Source of the DNA: a virus
Lineage: Duplodnaviria > Caudoviricetes
Virus record (IMG/VR): IMGVR_UViG_3300010291_000001
Location: 1 to 60,137 of that record
Direction: 5' to 3' (one strand)
DNA: 60,137 bases
Under the pieces are notes generated by a model that did not search any database, was not told the DNA's origin, and saw only the letters and a list, made by a program, of their open reading frames with translations. This document shows positions 8,921-18,196 of this stretch, one piece after another. Position 1 is the stretch's first letter. Each line of letters opens with the position of its first letter. Made by a program: the position numbers and the translations under genes.

Positions 8921-9636
8921 CTTACGGATAACGTCCCTTTTACGGCCAGTCCGGTCTGCGAGACGGTGCCGATGTCGATGCCGTTCACCTGCAGTTTTAT
9001 CGGCGCCTGCCCCCTTACGTTTATGGAAAACCCGCTCGCCCCGTCATACTCAAGGTAAAGGCCGTCGCCGCGCCTGTTGCCTATTATGTCCGACGCCTCT
9101 TCTGCGGCAGTACGCTTCTTGGCATATACGACCTTTTTCCATTTTATCTTATTGCCGGAGATCTCCCCGGACTCGTGCCCCCCGGCCCACGACCTAAAAA
9201 AATCCACCACCCGCTCGAACAGCCTGCCCAGAAACGATATCTTGCTGTACCCGTGCGCCCCGACGCCCACCTGTACCGCGTCGCCGTCAAGCATCATTAC
9301 GTGCATACCGGACTTTGTCATGATCATCCTGCTGTTGGGGGGCGGGCTTTCGGGCAGGCCCGACTCTTTTACGCCGAAAGTTGCCCTGTCCTGTACGTCG
9401 GGTATGAAGTTGATGATGTACGTGCCGATCAGGCGGTGGTGATAATAAAGGCACGCGGCGCCGATCTCGGGCACAAACAGGTCGCCGGCCCCGTCGCTTG
9501 CCATTGAGTTGGAGGATATTATGGCGTTATGGAACTCTTCCCCGGTGGATAGATCTATCAGGGTGGCGACGCGCCTACTGTTATCGAAGGCGGCTACCTT
9601 TGCAACGCCTATGACCGGTTCGCGAGCGCCGAACAT
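8917..9636 (-). CDS. Putative baseplate assembly/spike protein (gpV-like OB fold)
   Basis: G.G.LFVPEIGA.C motif followed by a beta-rich C-terminus. Confidence 0.55.
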   Translation of the reverse strand: MFGAREPVIGVAKVAAFDNSRRVATLIDLSTGEEFHNAIISSNSMASDGAGDLFVPEIGAACLYYHHRLIGTYIINFIPDVQDRATFGVKESGLPESPPPNSRMIMTKSGMHVMMLDGDAVQVGVGAHGYSKISFLGRLFERVVDFFRSWAGGHESGEISGNKIKWKKVVYAKKRTAAEEASDIIGNRRGDGLYLEYDGASGFSINVRGQAPIKLQVNGIDIGTVSQTGLAVKGTLSVR

Positions 9637-9639
9637 GGC

Positions 9640-10491
9640 CTACTTCCGTATCAGCTTTTTGATTTTCGGGAGCACCCCGCCGATCGTCTTACTGGCTTTC
9701 GGAAGTATTGCGCCGAGCTTTTCTCCCGGCCCGCCGACGTACGGCGCCAGGGCCGGAACAAGCCCGGCCCCGGCAGCAAGAGCGCCCATTTTTATCCCGG
9801 CGTCCCTGTACGTCGCCATCGCCCTGTCGAGAGCTTCCTTGTCCTCTTTGGACGAGAGGTGCTTCTTGGCTTTCGCCGTCGCCAGCCCTTCAGAGATAAG
9901 CGGCGCAAGCGCCAGCGGCGCGGTAAGTATTGCGGCTATCCCCAGCGGCACCGCAATAGGCGACCGGGCCAGCAGTGCTCCGATGCCGGAAAGCGCAAGA
10001 CCCAACGGTATCGGGGATGCCACCTGCGGCAGAAGGGTCGCCAGTATATTTGTGTTGAGGTGCCCTATTTCGTGGGCGGCGATCGCGCCCGCGGCCGGCA
10101 CCGTATTAGACACAAAAGCCATGTTCAGTCCAGGGAAGGCGATTCCACCCCCACCGCCTATCGCCTGCCCCATAAACTCATACAGCGACGCACCATACAG
10201 CTCGCGCTCGTATTTTGCAATATCCTTGTCTTTGTGAATGCCGGCCAGCCGCTCCGCTTCTTTTCTGATGGTGGGACCGTGCATTTTACCGAGATGCCTG
10301 CTTAGTGCGTCCCTGGCCTTCGCAATGCTGCTGTCCTGGTCAAACACAATCAGCAGGGGTTTGTGTGTATCCCGGAGCGGAGCGGTCATGTTGTTGTATA
10401 TTTCGGCAATCTGCTTTTTCGCAGAATCGTGTATGCTGTCCGGTAGAACAAGTTTCATTTGTTTTCCCCTTCCAGCCTGACCAGCCGCCAT
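9640..10491 (-). CDS. Putative membrane zinc metallopeptidase
   Basis: AAHEIGH (HExxH), two hydrophobic helices, then EGLAT as third-ligand region; basic amphipathic tail. Confidence 0.7.
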   Translation of the reverse strand: MAAGQAGRGKQMKLVLPDSIHDSAKKQIAEIYNNMTAPLRDTHKPLLIVFDQDSSIAKARDALSRHLGKMHGPTIRKEAERLAGIHKDKDIAKYERELYGASLYEFMGQAIGGGGGIAFPGLNMAFVSNTVPAAGAIAAHEIGHLNTNILATLLPQVASPIPLGLALSGIGALLARSPIAVPLGIAAILTAPLALAPLISEGLATAKAKKHLSSKEDKEALDRAMATYRDAGIKMGALAAGAGLVPALAPYVGGPGEKLGAILPKASKTIGGVLPKIKKLIRK

Positions 10492-12596
10492 TTATCGTCC
10501 GGCTGCTTCAGGAGAATAAACTCGTTTCCTATATCGCCCAGCGATTTCGCCTTTTTGCCGGTTATCGAAAACCTTATCCTGTCGGGCGTGCTGTATTTTA
10601 TATTGGCGACGCCCTGAAACACGGTTGATACCGTCCCCTTGCCGTAGCCGCCCGGTATGGTTCCCCTGAAACGGAAGTAACTGAGCGGGTGAGACGCCTG
10701 TCTTGCGACAAGCGTCGTTTTGTGTTGCTCGTCCGGCAGCCTGATGGTGGCCCATGAGTGTCCTGCCCGCGCCTTCTTGTCCCACATCCTTATGTCATAA
10801 TGTTTATGCCTGGCCCTGTGCCGCTGTATGACAAACGGCCACTTTTCGTTTTCGGTGCTCGTGATCTCGTGTATGCCTCTTGCCCTGTAGTCATGGCCGG
10901 ACCCGAGCTTTCTTATCGACGCCATCTGTTTTGCGAGCCGGCCGACGCCCCGTATAAACCCCAGCCCCCCGACCGCCCGGGCGGCTGCCCACGATGCCCC
11001 GCGCCCCAGGCCTCTTATACCGGACAGTATCCTACCCCTTCTCCTGATAATGGAGGGAAGCGTAAGTGCGCCCATTGTAACAGCCCCGCCCATGAGCGCA
11101 GCGCGCTGTCTCGGCGACATCGTCCATCGCGGGGTTTGTATGGCGTTCCAGAAATCTTTTACGGCTTTTTCCTTGCTTTCGGCCACGCGGTACACGTGTT
11201 GGTCTATGGCTCCGTCCCCGGTCTTGGGATCCGCTATATATTTATTGACCACCACCCTTCTCTGACCGGCAGGAAACGCCCGCAGGCCCCCGCGCCGCAC
11301 CCCGCGCCCGATTATCTGTTTTATTTTCATTGGATTATAATGGCCGTCCAGCAGGGATATCATGGTAGTGTCCGGCAGGTTAAGCCCCTCAGCCCCGGCC
11401 CCCGTTATCAACAGGATACGCTTGTTTCCCTTCCTGAAGTTGTCTACCGCCTGCTCTTTGAGATTTTGAGGCATCCCACCGGTAAACTTGGCAAATGGAA
11501 TGTTAAGCTTCGAAAGGGCTGTGCCCAGCGTCCTGGTCCCGTGATTCTTGAAGCTGGAATACATAAGAACACGGTTACGCGGGTCTGTGGCTATATGGTC
11601 GAGTGCGTCTTTTACGGCCCTTACGGCCTTTGAGCTGGCAAACGGCATACTGCGCTTTGAGGCGGTCAGGTATCCCGGATCATTGCTCACCTGTCTTGCC
11701 GCCATGGCCCTGTTGACGATGCGCTCAGCCAGGTTTATATCGAGTTTCTTGTCTTTGAGCAGGGATATCTCTCTTTTCGACAAGTCCTTCCTAAGCGCCC
11801 TCCTGTAGGCTGTACGCTGTACCTGGTTCATCGGCACTATAACGAATTGCTCTTTTACGGAGGGCATGTCGGGGGCTTTGGCTGTTGGCATCATAAACAC
11901 GTCGCCGAACATCCTCGCCATGGTTCTTTGATTATAATAGCCTTTCAGCTCGCCGGACCCCGGCTTGCCGGTTACTATCGCCCTGATATGCTCCATTACC
12001 CCGCGCAGGCGCCGGTTTTCGAACTTGCGGCTGAATTCCCCGATTTTCATTGGCCTTGGAGAAATTACGTTGTGGATGTTTAGTGCTTCATAAACATTGT
12101 TTTGCGCCGGTGTTGCGGTAAGGCCTATCATGTGCTTTGACCGGCCCCGCAGCCTGCGGAGTACGGCGTGATTTACAGTCGTTTTGTCCTTGGCCCGATG
12201 AATTTCATCTGCTATGACAGTGTCGTAGCCGGTAAGCCGGGGCGCGTTTTTGCGGGCCAGGTCATAGGATATTACCGAAAAGTCTCTGTTCCTGAATCTG
12301 TCTATATCTCTCGATGAGTTGATGACGCCCACCGACGCATTTGTGTACTTTCTGACATTATCGGCGAAATTGCGTTTCAGGGCGGCCGGAACGACAACCA
12401 GCGCGTTGCGCGACCTGCCGGTCTCTCTGAGCCTCAGTGCCGCAGCTATGCTGGCAAGGGTCTTGCCCGTGCCGGTGTCGGCCGCGTTTACGCCGCTTCC
12501 TTGGCGCTCAATGAATTTGACGAAATTCGCCTGGTCGCCGGTGAGGCGGACGCCTTTTTTGAGGCCTGGAATATCGGCAAAGTCGTTAGTCTTCAT
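10455..12596 (-). CDS. SNF2-family helicase fused to a LigD-type 3'-phosphoesterase domain
   Basis: DTGTGKT, DEIH, TATP, AGAEGLNL, QIIGRGVR; C-terminal FVIQRH...HYDIR...SWA...HPLSY..F.GTIP.GYGKG.V. Confidence 0.85.
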   Translation of the reverse strand: MKTNDFADIPGLKKGVRLTGDQANFVKFIERQGSGVNAADTGTGKTLASIAAALRLRETGRSRNALVVVPAALKRNFADNVRKYTNASVGVINSSRDIDRFRNRDFSVISYDLARKNAPRLTGYDTVIADEIHRAKDKTTVNHAVLRRLRGRSKHMIGLTATPAQNNVYEALNIHNVISPRPMKIGEFSRKFENRRLRGVMEHIRAIVTGKPGSGELKGYYNQRTMARMFGDVFMMPTAKAPDMPSVKEQFVIVPMNQVQRTAYRRALRKDLSKREISLLKDKKLDINLAERIVNRAMAARQVSNDPGYLTASKRSMPFASSKAVRAVKDALDHIATDPRNRVLMYSSFKNHGTRTLGTALSKLNIPFAKFTGGMPQNLKEQAVDNFRKGNKRILLITGAGAEGLNLPDTTMISLLDGHYNPMKIKQIIGRGVRRGGLRAFPAGQRRVVVNKYIADPKTGDGAIDQHVYRVAESKEKAVKDFWNAIQTPRWTMSPRQRAALMGGAVTMGALTLPSIIRRRGRILSGIRGLGRGASWAAARAVGGLGFIRGVGRLAKQMASIRKLGSGHDYRARGIHEITSTENEKWPFVIQRHRARHKHYDIRMWDKKARAGHSWATIRLPDEQHKTTLVARQASHPLSYFRFRGTIPGGYGKGTVSTVFQGVANIKYSTPDRIRFSITGKKAKSLGDIGNEFILLKQPDDKWRLVRLEGENK

Positions 12597-12598
12597 AA

Positions 12599-12608
12599 AA
12601 AATTATAA
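12599..12608 (-). promoter_or_regulatory. Class B (late) promoter motif TTATAATTTT; probably gives a leaderless mRNA
   Basis: Motif ends 2 nt before the SNF2 ATG and there is no RBS. Confidence 0.65.
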
Positions 12609-12648
12609 CAAAAGATCGAAATCTTTGCAAGCCGAAGTGTAACTTTGG

Positions 12649-12658
12649 TTATAATTTT
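12649..12658 (+). promoter_or_regulatory. Class B (late) promoter motif TTATAATTTT
   Basis: Divergent copy heading the terminase operon. Confidence 0.7.
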
Positions 12659-12668
12659 ATAGAGAGGT

Positions 12669-12860
12669 ATGTTTATGGCGAAGACATGCAGGGGAACCAA
12701 AACGATATCCGACTGCGCCAGGATATCCGTCAAGCTGCCGGCAACCGGGTTTTATAAGCACCCAACAACCAGCTCGGCTCTAAGCCGTTTGATGTCAAGT
12801 GGTTATACGCTTCCTGTCATCGGAGGCTACATAAAGACCCTCAGTTTAGGTCACAGATAA
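12669..12860 (+). CDS. Small hypothetical protein
   Basis: GAGG RBS directly after the promoter motif. Confidence 0.55.
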   Translation: MFMAKTCRGTKTISDCARISVKLPATGFYKHPTTSSALSRLMSSGYTLPVIGGYIKTLSLGHR

Positions 12861-12873
12861 TAGGAGATCCAAT

Positions 12874-14385
12874 ATGTCAATGATTGTTAAGCCTTACCGC
12901 GCGCAGGAAAGCCAAATCGAGCTACCCAAAGACACCAACATGTGGGCGCCGGTCATAACGAACATTTTAATGAACCAGTTCCAGGGAATGATGCCCCAGG
13001 GCGTGAGCCTAACCTTTAAAAAGCTCGACCAGGAACGCCTAACGGCCATTGGCACGGCCAGCATATCTATCAACGGCGTTGACGTTCATTTTCCTATAAT
13101 TGTTGTCGGCGGAAAAATGTTTCCCCTCGATATCGCAATAGACGCCCAGGGGAACAGATTTCCCTGGCATCCTTTATTTATCTCCCTGATCCCAACCGAC
13201 CAGCTATCTACCATCTCCAAGCGCGGCAACGACCTGTTCGCCTCCAAGAGGCTGCGGCGCAAGTTTGTGCATGACATTGTTTATCTGAAAAAGCCGGCCG
13301 GGTTCAAGGACGTGCTGAAAGAGGCGTGCGAGGACCCACGTATAATGGCTGGACTTGTCCGAAACAGGGGCAAGGACGCCATGAATAAAATGCTGACCAG
13401 GCCGGAGGTAAGGACCGTTACCCGCAAGTACCTGATCAAGAACGCCACCATTATACCGGAGCTTTCAAAGCTTGCCGGAGGCTTGAGCGGGCAGACGTAC
13501 GTACTGACAACCGACGGCGTGAAGCGGGCTGTTGGATTTAATGACATAAGCGGTAGGGGGCGTTTTGCTGTAACCACTGACGGGTACATCATTTATGAGG
13601 ACAGGGCGATCAGGTCGAAGGCGGAGGGGGTGAAGCTGGCCTCGGATAATCCGGCGGGGTACGGGGTCTTTTATTCGGGAACCGGGACTAACGCGAAGGC
13701 GGTTTCGCCGCTTAACGTCATAGCCACCATGCCGAACGGCTACAGCTGCATGGACAATATAGGCAACATGGTGCTGGTCAAACGCTCATCCGGGAACGAG
13801 GCATCCGTGTCGGGCGACACGATAACAATTGGCAAGGACTGGAAGTTTGTCGCCATCAAGGACGTCGCGCAGCCGGCTGACAGGCCGGAGTATCCGTCCG
13901 GTTTCTGCAGAATAGAGAAGCTCGGAATGGCGTACCTGCATGACGGGGTCAAGTTTGCGATGGGCAGACAGGAGGCCGAGCAGTACCTGTCCCGCTTTTA
14001 CAAGAACGCCGACGGGATAATCGAGAAGATCGCCGTGGCCGGAGCCGTGTACGTCGACGGGATGAGGCGGGGCGAGGATATCCCTGTGTCATGCGAGCCC
14101 CTTAACAGGGACTTTGCGAAGATCGCGTCGATTGTTCCAAGCCAGTACAGCGCTGCCGCGCTGTTGGACGTGGCCCTTCCAATACGCGAGTCGGTCGAGC
14201 AGATGAAACAACATCTCAGCATTTATCAGACCGCCGCGTCGGCCCTTGCGAACGACGTTCTGTTTTCAAGGCTCTCCGGCAATCCGGCGGAGTCTGATCT
14301 TTCGGTGGCGATGTATACGCTTTGCGACGCCGCCCTGCAGATTGTCGGAATGCTGAGAAAGGCATATACAGAGCAGGGAAAATGA
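12874..14385 (+). CDS. Putative virion/head morphogenesis protein
   Basis: 503 aa, AGGAG RBS, late operon, several K-x-A motifs (KLAG, KLAS, KIAV, KIAS). Confidence 0.55.
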   Translation: MSMIVKPYRAQESQIELPKDTNMWAPVITNILMNQFQGMMPQGVSLTFKKLDQERLTAIGTASISINGVDVHFPIIVVGGKMFPLDIAIDAQGNRFPWHPLFISLIPTDQLSTISKRGNDLFASKRLRRKFVHDIVYLKKPAGFKDVLKEACEDPRIMAGLVRNRGKDAMNKMLTRPEVRTVTRKYLIKNATIIPELSKLAGGLSGQTYVLTTDGVKRAVGFNDISGRGRFAVTTDGYIIYEDRAIRSKAEGVKLASDNPAGYGVFYSGTGTNAKAVSPLNVIATMPNGYSCMDNIGNMVLVKRSSGNEASVSGDTITIGKDWKFVAIKDVAQPADRPEYPSGFCRIEKLGMAYLHDGVKFAMGRQEAEQYLSRFYKNADGIIEKIAVAGAVYVDGMRRGEDIPVSCEPLNRDFAKIASIVPSQYSAAALLDVALPIRESVEQMKQHLSIYQTAASALANDVLFSRLSGNPAESDLSVAMYTLCDAALQIVGMLRKAYTEQGK

Positions 14386-15410
14386 GCGAGAACCCGCAAA
14401 ACCTGATAGGCATAAAAGACGCCGCGAGAATCTTGAGCATAAGCCCGGAGGAGCTCCTGTTTCTCGTTGACCGCGACGAGATAAGCGCATATGGGAGCCC
14501 GCCGCACCTGTTTGACGCTGCAGACATAGACCGGCTCAGGTACGGCCGCGAGTCGTCCGTTTTCGACTGTAATATACCGGAACTACAGATACCCCACCGG
14601 AAATACGCGGTTTACCTGCTGTCGTTTTTCGGCGGCAAGTTTGACGAGGTTAATTCGTATATCGGTTTTATGGGGTCCAGCGCTATTCCTGATGGAGCGC
14701 TTAAGTCCATTGCGGACGCCATGCTGTCGTTTGCCCCCCACGACGAAAGCTTTATAAGCGCTTTTCTTGCCGGCGAACACAGGCAACATGCGCTGTTTTC
14801 CGATTGGGTCAAGCGCGTCGGGGTGTCCGACGTATATGTCGATCGGATGCTCATGCCGCTCGACATACTGAACAACAGAAACATAAGATCGCTGGTGGAG
14901 GTGTCGTCATCGGCGGGCCTGCCCCCGGACGCCATCTCGATTATGGTCAAGAAGGCGTTTGACGTATCCGTGCCGCCCAGGCAGATTGGTCTTTGGGCGG
15001 ACTGTTTCTATAGGGTCGCCGACATACCGGCGATAAAGTTCGCCGACATTATAAGAAAAGACTACGTGCCGCTGGAGTCGGAGGAGATCGGAAACCTGCG
15101 AATTCATACGCAGTCGCCGTCTCCGGAGGCTATTTCGCGGCTCCAGTGTTACTACGTTATAAACATCGATCGCCAGTGGGATGACATGTGGGGGATCATG
15201 GCCGGGATGGTGGCTGCGAGGGTGCTGGAGGCCATCAGGGGCGGGAAGTCGTCCGACGCGAAGCTATGGGCCGACCTCATGGAGCAGGCGCTCAGGCACG
15301 GCAAAAAGACGGTTGATTACTCGATTATAGACGTTGCCGAGGAGGCTGACGGCGACGTGACGGTCGAAGAGCTCAAAGACGCGAATATACGAAGACTCAG
15401 CCTGTCCTAG
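14382..15410 (+). CDS. HTH protein, candidate terminase small subunit
   Basis: N-terminal MerR/excisionase-like HTH (IKDAARILSISPEEL); immediately upstream of the large terminase. Confidence 0.5.
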   Translation: MSENPQNLIGIKDAARILSISPEELLFLVDRDEISAYGSPPHLFDAADIDRLRYGRESSVFDCNIPELQIPHRKYAVYLLSFFGGKFDEVNSYIGFMGSSAIPDGALKSIADAMLSFAPHDESFISAFLAGEHRQHALFSDWVKRVGVSDVYVDRMLMPLDILNNRNIRSLVEVSSSAGLPPDAISIMVKKAFDVSVPPRQIGLWADCFYRVADIPAIKFADIIRKDYVPLESEEIGNLRIHTQSPSPEAISRLQCYYVINIDRQWDDMWGIMAGMVAARVLEAIRGGKSSDAKLWADLMEQALRHGKKTVDYSIIDVAEEADGDVTVEELKDANIRRLSLS

Positions 15411-15418
15411 GAGGGGAC

Positions 15419-16957
15419 GTGGGCAGACGGCTAAAGCGGTCCGAATGGATCTGTGAGTCGGTCTGTGCGCCGGAAGGCCACAAGCTTTCCATAGACCTTA
15501 TGCCGTGGTGGCGTCAGATTTACGACAGGTCGTTCAAGAACTGGCACCACTCGGTTCTTCTTTCCGGCAGGCAATGCGGCAAATCAACGACGGCGATAGC
15601 CATGATGATAACAGACATCATGCGGCCCAACACCACCGTCATATACGCGATGCCTACGGATCCCCACGTCGCGGAACTGTCGAAAACACGCTTTTCCCCG
15701 ATGTGGGCCTCGATTGTTCGCGGCAAGCCGGACATAATAGTGGACAATGTTCACGAAAAGTCCTTCTCCAACGGCTCCAACATTTTATTCAAATACCTGT
15801 ACGGCGGCAGGAGCGGCCTGCGAGCCAGGGGCACCACGGCCAACGCGCTGTACCTGGACGAGATACAGAACATAGTCGTCGACCAGATATCCATCATACA
15901 GGAAACGCTGGCGTTTCGGCTGTATGAGGGCCAACAGAAATGGCAGACGTTCGCCGGGACGCACATGTCCCGGCTGTCCGCCCCGAACGTTTACTGGCAG
16001 ATGTCCACGAAGCGGGAGTGGTTTATCCATTGTTGTTGCGGTCACTGGAATTTTCCCGACGAGTCTCTTATCGGAGACAGGTTTCTCGTCTGTTCGTCAT
16101 GCGGCGGCAGGCTGGACCCCCGCGACGGCCAGTGGGTCCGCACCGGGCCGGATGACGCCACATGGGAGGGATTCAGAATACCCCAGATACTGTCCCCGTT
16201 CGTTCCGTTCGATGCGGGTGTGGCGGACTCGATCAATGATAAAAGAAAGAAGTACTCCAGGCAAAGATTTCTGAATGAAGTCATGTGTATGCCGTATGAC
16301 GCCGGCGTACTATGGATAACGCCGAACGAGCTCAGAAGCATCATGACGCCGGAAGTAAAATACTATAACATAATAGACAATATTGAAGCCGGCTCATATT
16401 TCATGGGCATAGACTGGGGGTCCGCCGAGTCGTCCGGAAACTCCAATACCGTCGTGACGATCGTGATGGTGCGCGCCGGCCTGGTAGAGGTCAGGCATAT
16501 AAGGAAGTTTGACGCGGGCGAAGGCGATTTTGATTATCAGCTTGAGCAGATCCGCCAGCTCGCCGATAAGTTCGACATAAACGTTATTTGCGCCGACTGG
16601 GGGTTCGGGGCATTTCAAAACCAGAGGCTCCGCAAGATGTGCAAGGCGCAGCTGATAGAAGTCATGTACACGTCGCAGTCGGCTTTTGCGTCTTACAACC
16701 GCAAGGACGGCAGGTGGCACGTTGACAGGACTCAGGCCCTTGATGATCTGAAAATGGATCTGGTCGATCACAAGAATATCCTGTTCCCTCCGCAGGAGTA
16801 CGTTCAGCACATTGAGAAAGAGTTCTATTCGCTGGAGCGTGTCGAGGATATCGACAAAGGCAAGGTCTCATACGAGCATGACCAGCAAAACCCGGACGAT
16901 GCGGTTCATTCCCTGTTTTACGCCGTCTTCGCAGCCAAGAGATATGTTCACCTGTGA
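15419..16957 (+). CDS. terL: Terminase large subunit
   Basis: GRQCGKST, LYLDEIQ, zinc-binding CCCGH/CSSCG, GIDWG, ADWGFG, PDDAVHS. Confidence 0.92.
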   Translation: MGRRLKRSEWICESVCAPEGHKLSIDLMPWWRQIYDRSFKNWHHSVLLSGRQCGKSTTAIAMMITDIMRPNTTVIYAMPTDPHVAELSKTRFSPMWASIVRGKPDIIVDNVHEKSFSNGSNILFKYLYGGRSGLRARGTTANALYLDEIQNIVVDQISIIQETLAFRLYEGQQKWQTFAGTHMSRLSAPNVYWQMSTKREWFIHCCCGHWNFPDESLIGDRFLVCSSCGGRLDPRDGQWVRTGPDDATWEGFRIPQILSPFVPFDAGVADSINDKRKKYSRQRFLNEVMCMPYDAGVLWITPNELRSIMTPEVKYYNIIDNIEAGSYFMGIDWGSAESSGNSNTVVTIVMVRAGLVEVRHIRKFDAGEGDFDYQLEQIRQLADKFDINVICADWGFGAFQNQRLRKMCKAQLIEVMYTSQSAFASYNRKDGRWHVDRTQALDDLKMDLVDHKNILFPPQEYVQHIEKEFYSLERVEDIDKGKVSYEHDQQNPDDAVHSLFYAVFAAKRYVHL

Positions 16958-16960
16958 GTT

Positions 16961-16985
16961 AAAAAAAAGGGGCGTGTTTCGCCCC
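16961..16985 (-). terminator. Intrinsic terminator
   Basis: GGGGCG-AAACA-CGCCCC followed by T8 on the minus strand. Confidence 0.75.
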
Positions 16986-17021
16986 CTCGCCTATAATGTT
17001 CTGTTGCTGCCCGCGCTCAAT

Positions 17022-17166
17022 AAAAAAGGGGGTGGCCCCTCCCCGACCAATTGCCCGTTATTGGGCGGGCGCCGGCCCGCGCCTTTCGGCGGGGCGCCTG
17101 GCGGCGATTTTAGATCGGGGGGCACTCCCTCCCCTTTTAGAGGGAACAACAACCATCATTCCCTCT
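17022..17166 (-). ncRNA. Candidate structured ncRNA (about 145 nt)
   Basis: Class A promoter upstream, 12-bp 5' hairpin, GC-rich multibranch fold, ends in a T6 tract, no credible ORF. Confidence 0.5.
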
Positions 17167-17171
17167 ATATA

Positions 17172-17198
17172 TTTATAACACAAAAACATCTGTTTTTT
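17172..17198 (-). promoter_or_regulatory. Class A promoter-like motif
   Basis: AAAAAAC-N10-GTGTTATAAATATATAGAG; the last 19 nt are identical to the copy at about 314-332. Confidence 0.7.
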
Positions 17199-17204
17199 CT
17201 GGGG

Positions 17205-17567
17205 TGGTGGAGGTGGCGGGGATCGAACCCGCGTCCGGAACTATTTCGCGCTTGACCTTCTTCATGCTTAGTCGGTTTGTTTTGGCCGGTAACCAACAAA
17301 CCGGCGAGCCGTCTTTCCGGTACCTGTCATTCAGTCTTTCCTGAAAGCCATTTGGTCTTTCCCAAAGGCCGGCAGTTCTTTCCTGCTGTCACCCGCTGTT
17401 GTGTCCCGGCTTCCGCTACTGCGGGCCCTACGGAGTCGGGGGCTGCAATTAAGCAGCCTTGCGTATTGCCGTGGCAGGTTATGCGCAGTCGACTTTTTAC
17501 GAGGCCTGTCGACCAACCTCGACATGCTTCTTCAAACGCTCGATACCCGTCGATTCCATTCACCCCC
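17205..17567 (-). ncRNA. ssrA: tmRNA
   Basis: 5' GGGGGTG pairs with 3' CACCTCC-ACCA giving G3:U70; TCGAC D-loop region; T-arm GCGGGTTCGATCCCCGC; pk1; tag frame ending GCT GCT TAA inside a hairpin; 363 nt. Confidence 0.95.
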
Positions 17568-17571
17568 ATGC

Positions 17572-17581
17572 AAAATTATAA
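17572..17581 (-). promoter_or_regulatory. Class B promoter motif immediately upstream of tmRNA
   Basis: GTGTTATAATTTT ends 4 nt before the mature 5' end. Confidence 0.65.
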
Positions 17582-17585
17582 CACG

Positions 17586-18167
17586 TTACTGGTTTATGAA
17601 AATGTTAACGACCATTTCCTGGTCGTCGCTTCCTTCCTTGCCGGTTTCTTTCGGCCACGACGCCACCGGCTCTGCCTTGGCGTGTCCTATCAGCTTATGC
17701 TGACGCTTGGCGGTTTTTTTCATATCTTTTCTTCGGCAATCCAGGCATTTCCCGGTAATAAAGCCCCGCACTTCAGGGTTCCACTGCATCCGCAGCACTC
17801 CTTTTGTCTCTTTGCACCTGGGGCACGTGACTTTTTCCGGTATGCTCTTTATCATTTCGATATGCTTGGCTTGTATTTTATCCGTCTTTTTATGCTTTAT
17901 GTAATCCCGCACAATATCCATGTCTTCTTTTAGGCCAGCATAACGAGCCCTGCGTTTGATGCGCCCTGCGGGGTTTCTGCGTCGGTCGGGCTTTGCCGCC
18001 AAGCTCTTCGGCCAGATATTCGCATTGACTCTGGGTCTGGCCAGCACCTCAACGTCAGCGTTGAGCTTCTTCTTGCCATCCCCCCACCAGAAGGCCAACT
18101 GCTTTTTATTGACCTTGGCGTTGCTTATTTTCATGGTGGCAGTTGCCACCCTTTCGAACTTTGGCAC
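17586..18167 (-). CDS. Highly basic protein with a CxxC...CxxC zinc site
   Basis: DRRRNPAGRIKRRAR, CPRC, CLDC; AAGGAG RBS. Confidence 0.65.
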   Translation of the reverse strand: MPKFERVATATMKISNAKVNKKQLAFWWGDGKKKLNADVEVLARPRVNANIWPKSLAAKPDRRRNPAGRIKRRARYAGLKEDMDIVRDYIKHKKTDKIQAKHIEMIKSIPEKVTCPRCKETKGVLRMQWNPEVRGFITGKCLDCRRKDMKKTAKRQHKLIGHAKAEPVASWPKETGKEGSDDQEMVVNIFINQ

Positions 18168-18196
18168 TATTCTCTCCTTTCACAGGGTAGTTTTAT

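Noticed and set aside
17205-17240. tRNA gene or att site
   Set aside because: The T-arm and CCA belong to the tmRNA; no duplicate copy or integrase was seen.
17277-17933. ORFs overlapping the tmRNA on either strand
   Set aside because: The region is explained by the tmRNA and the minus-strand gene 17586-18167.
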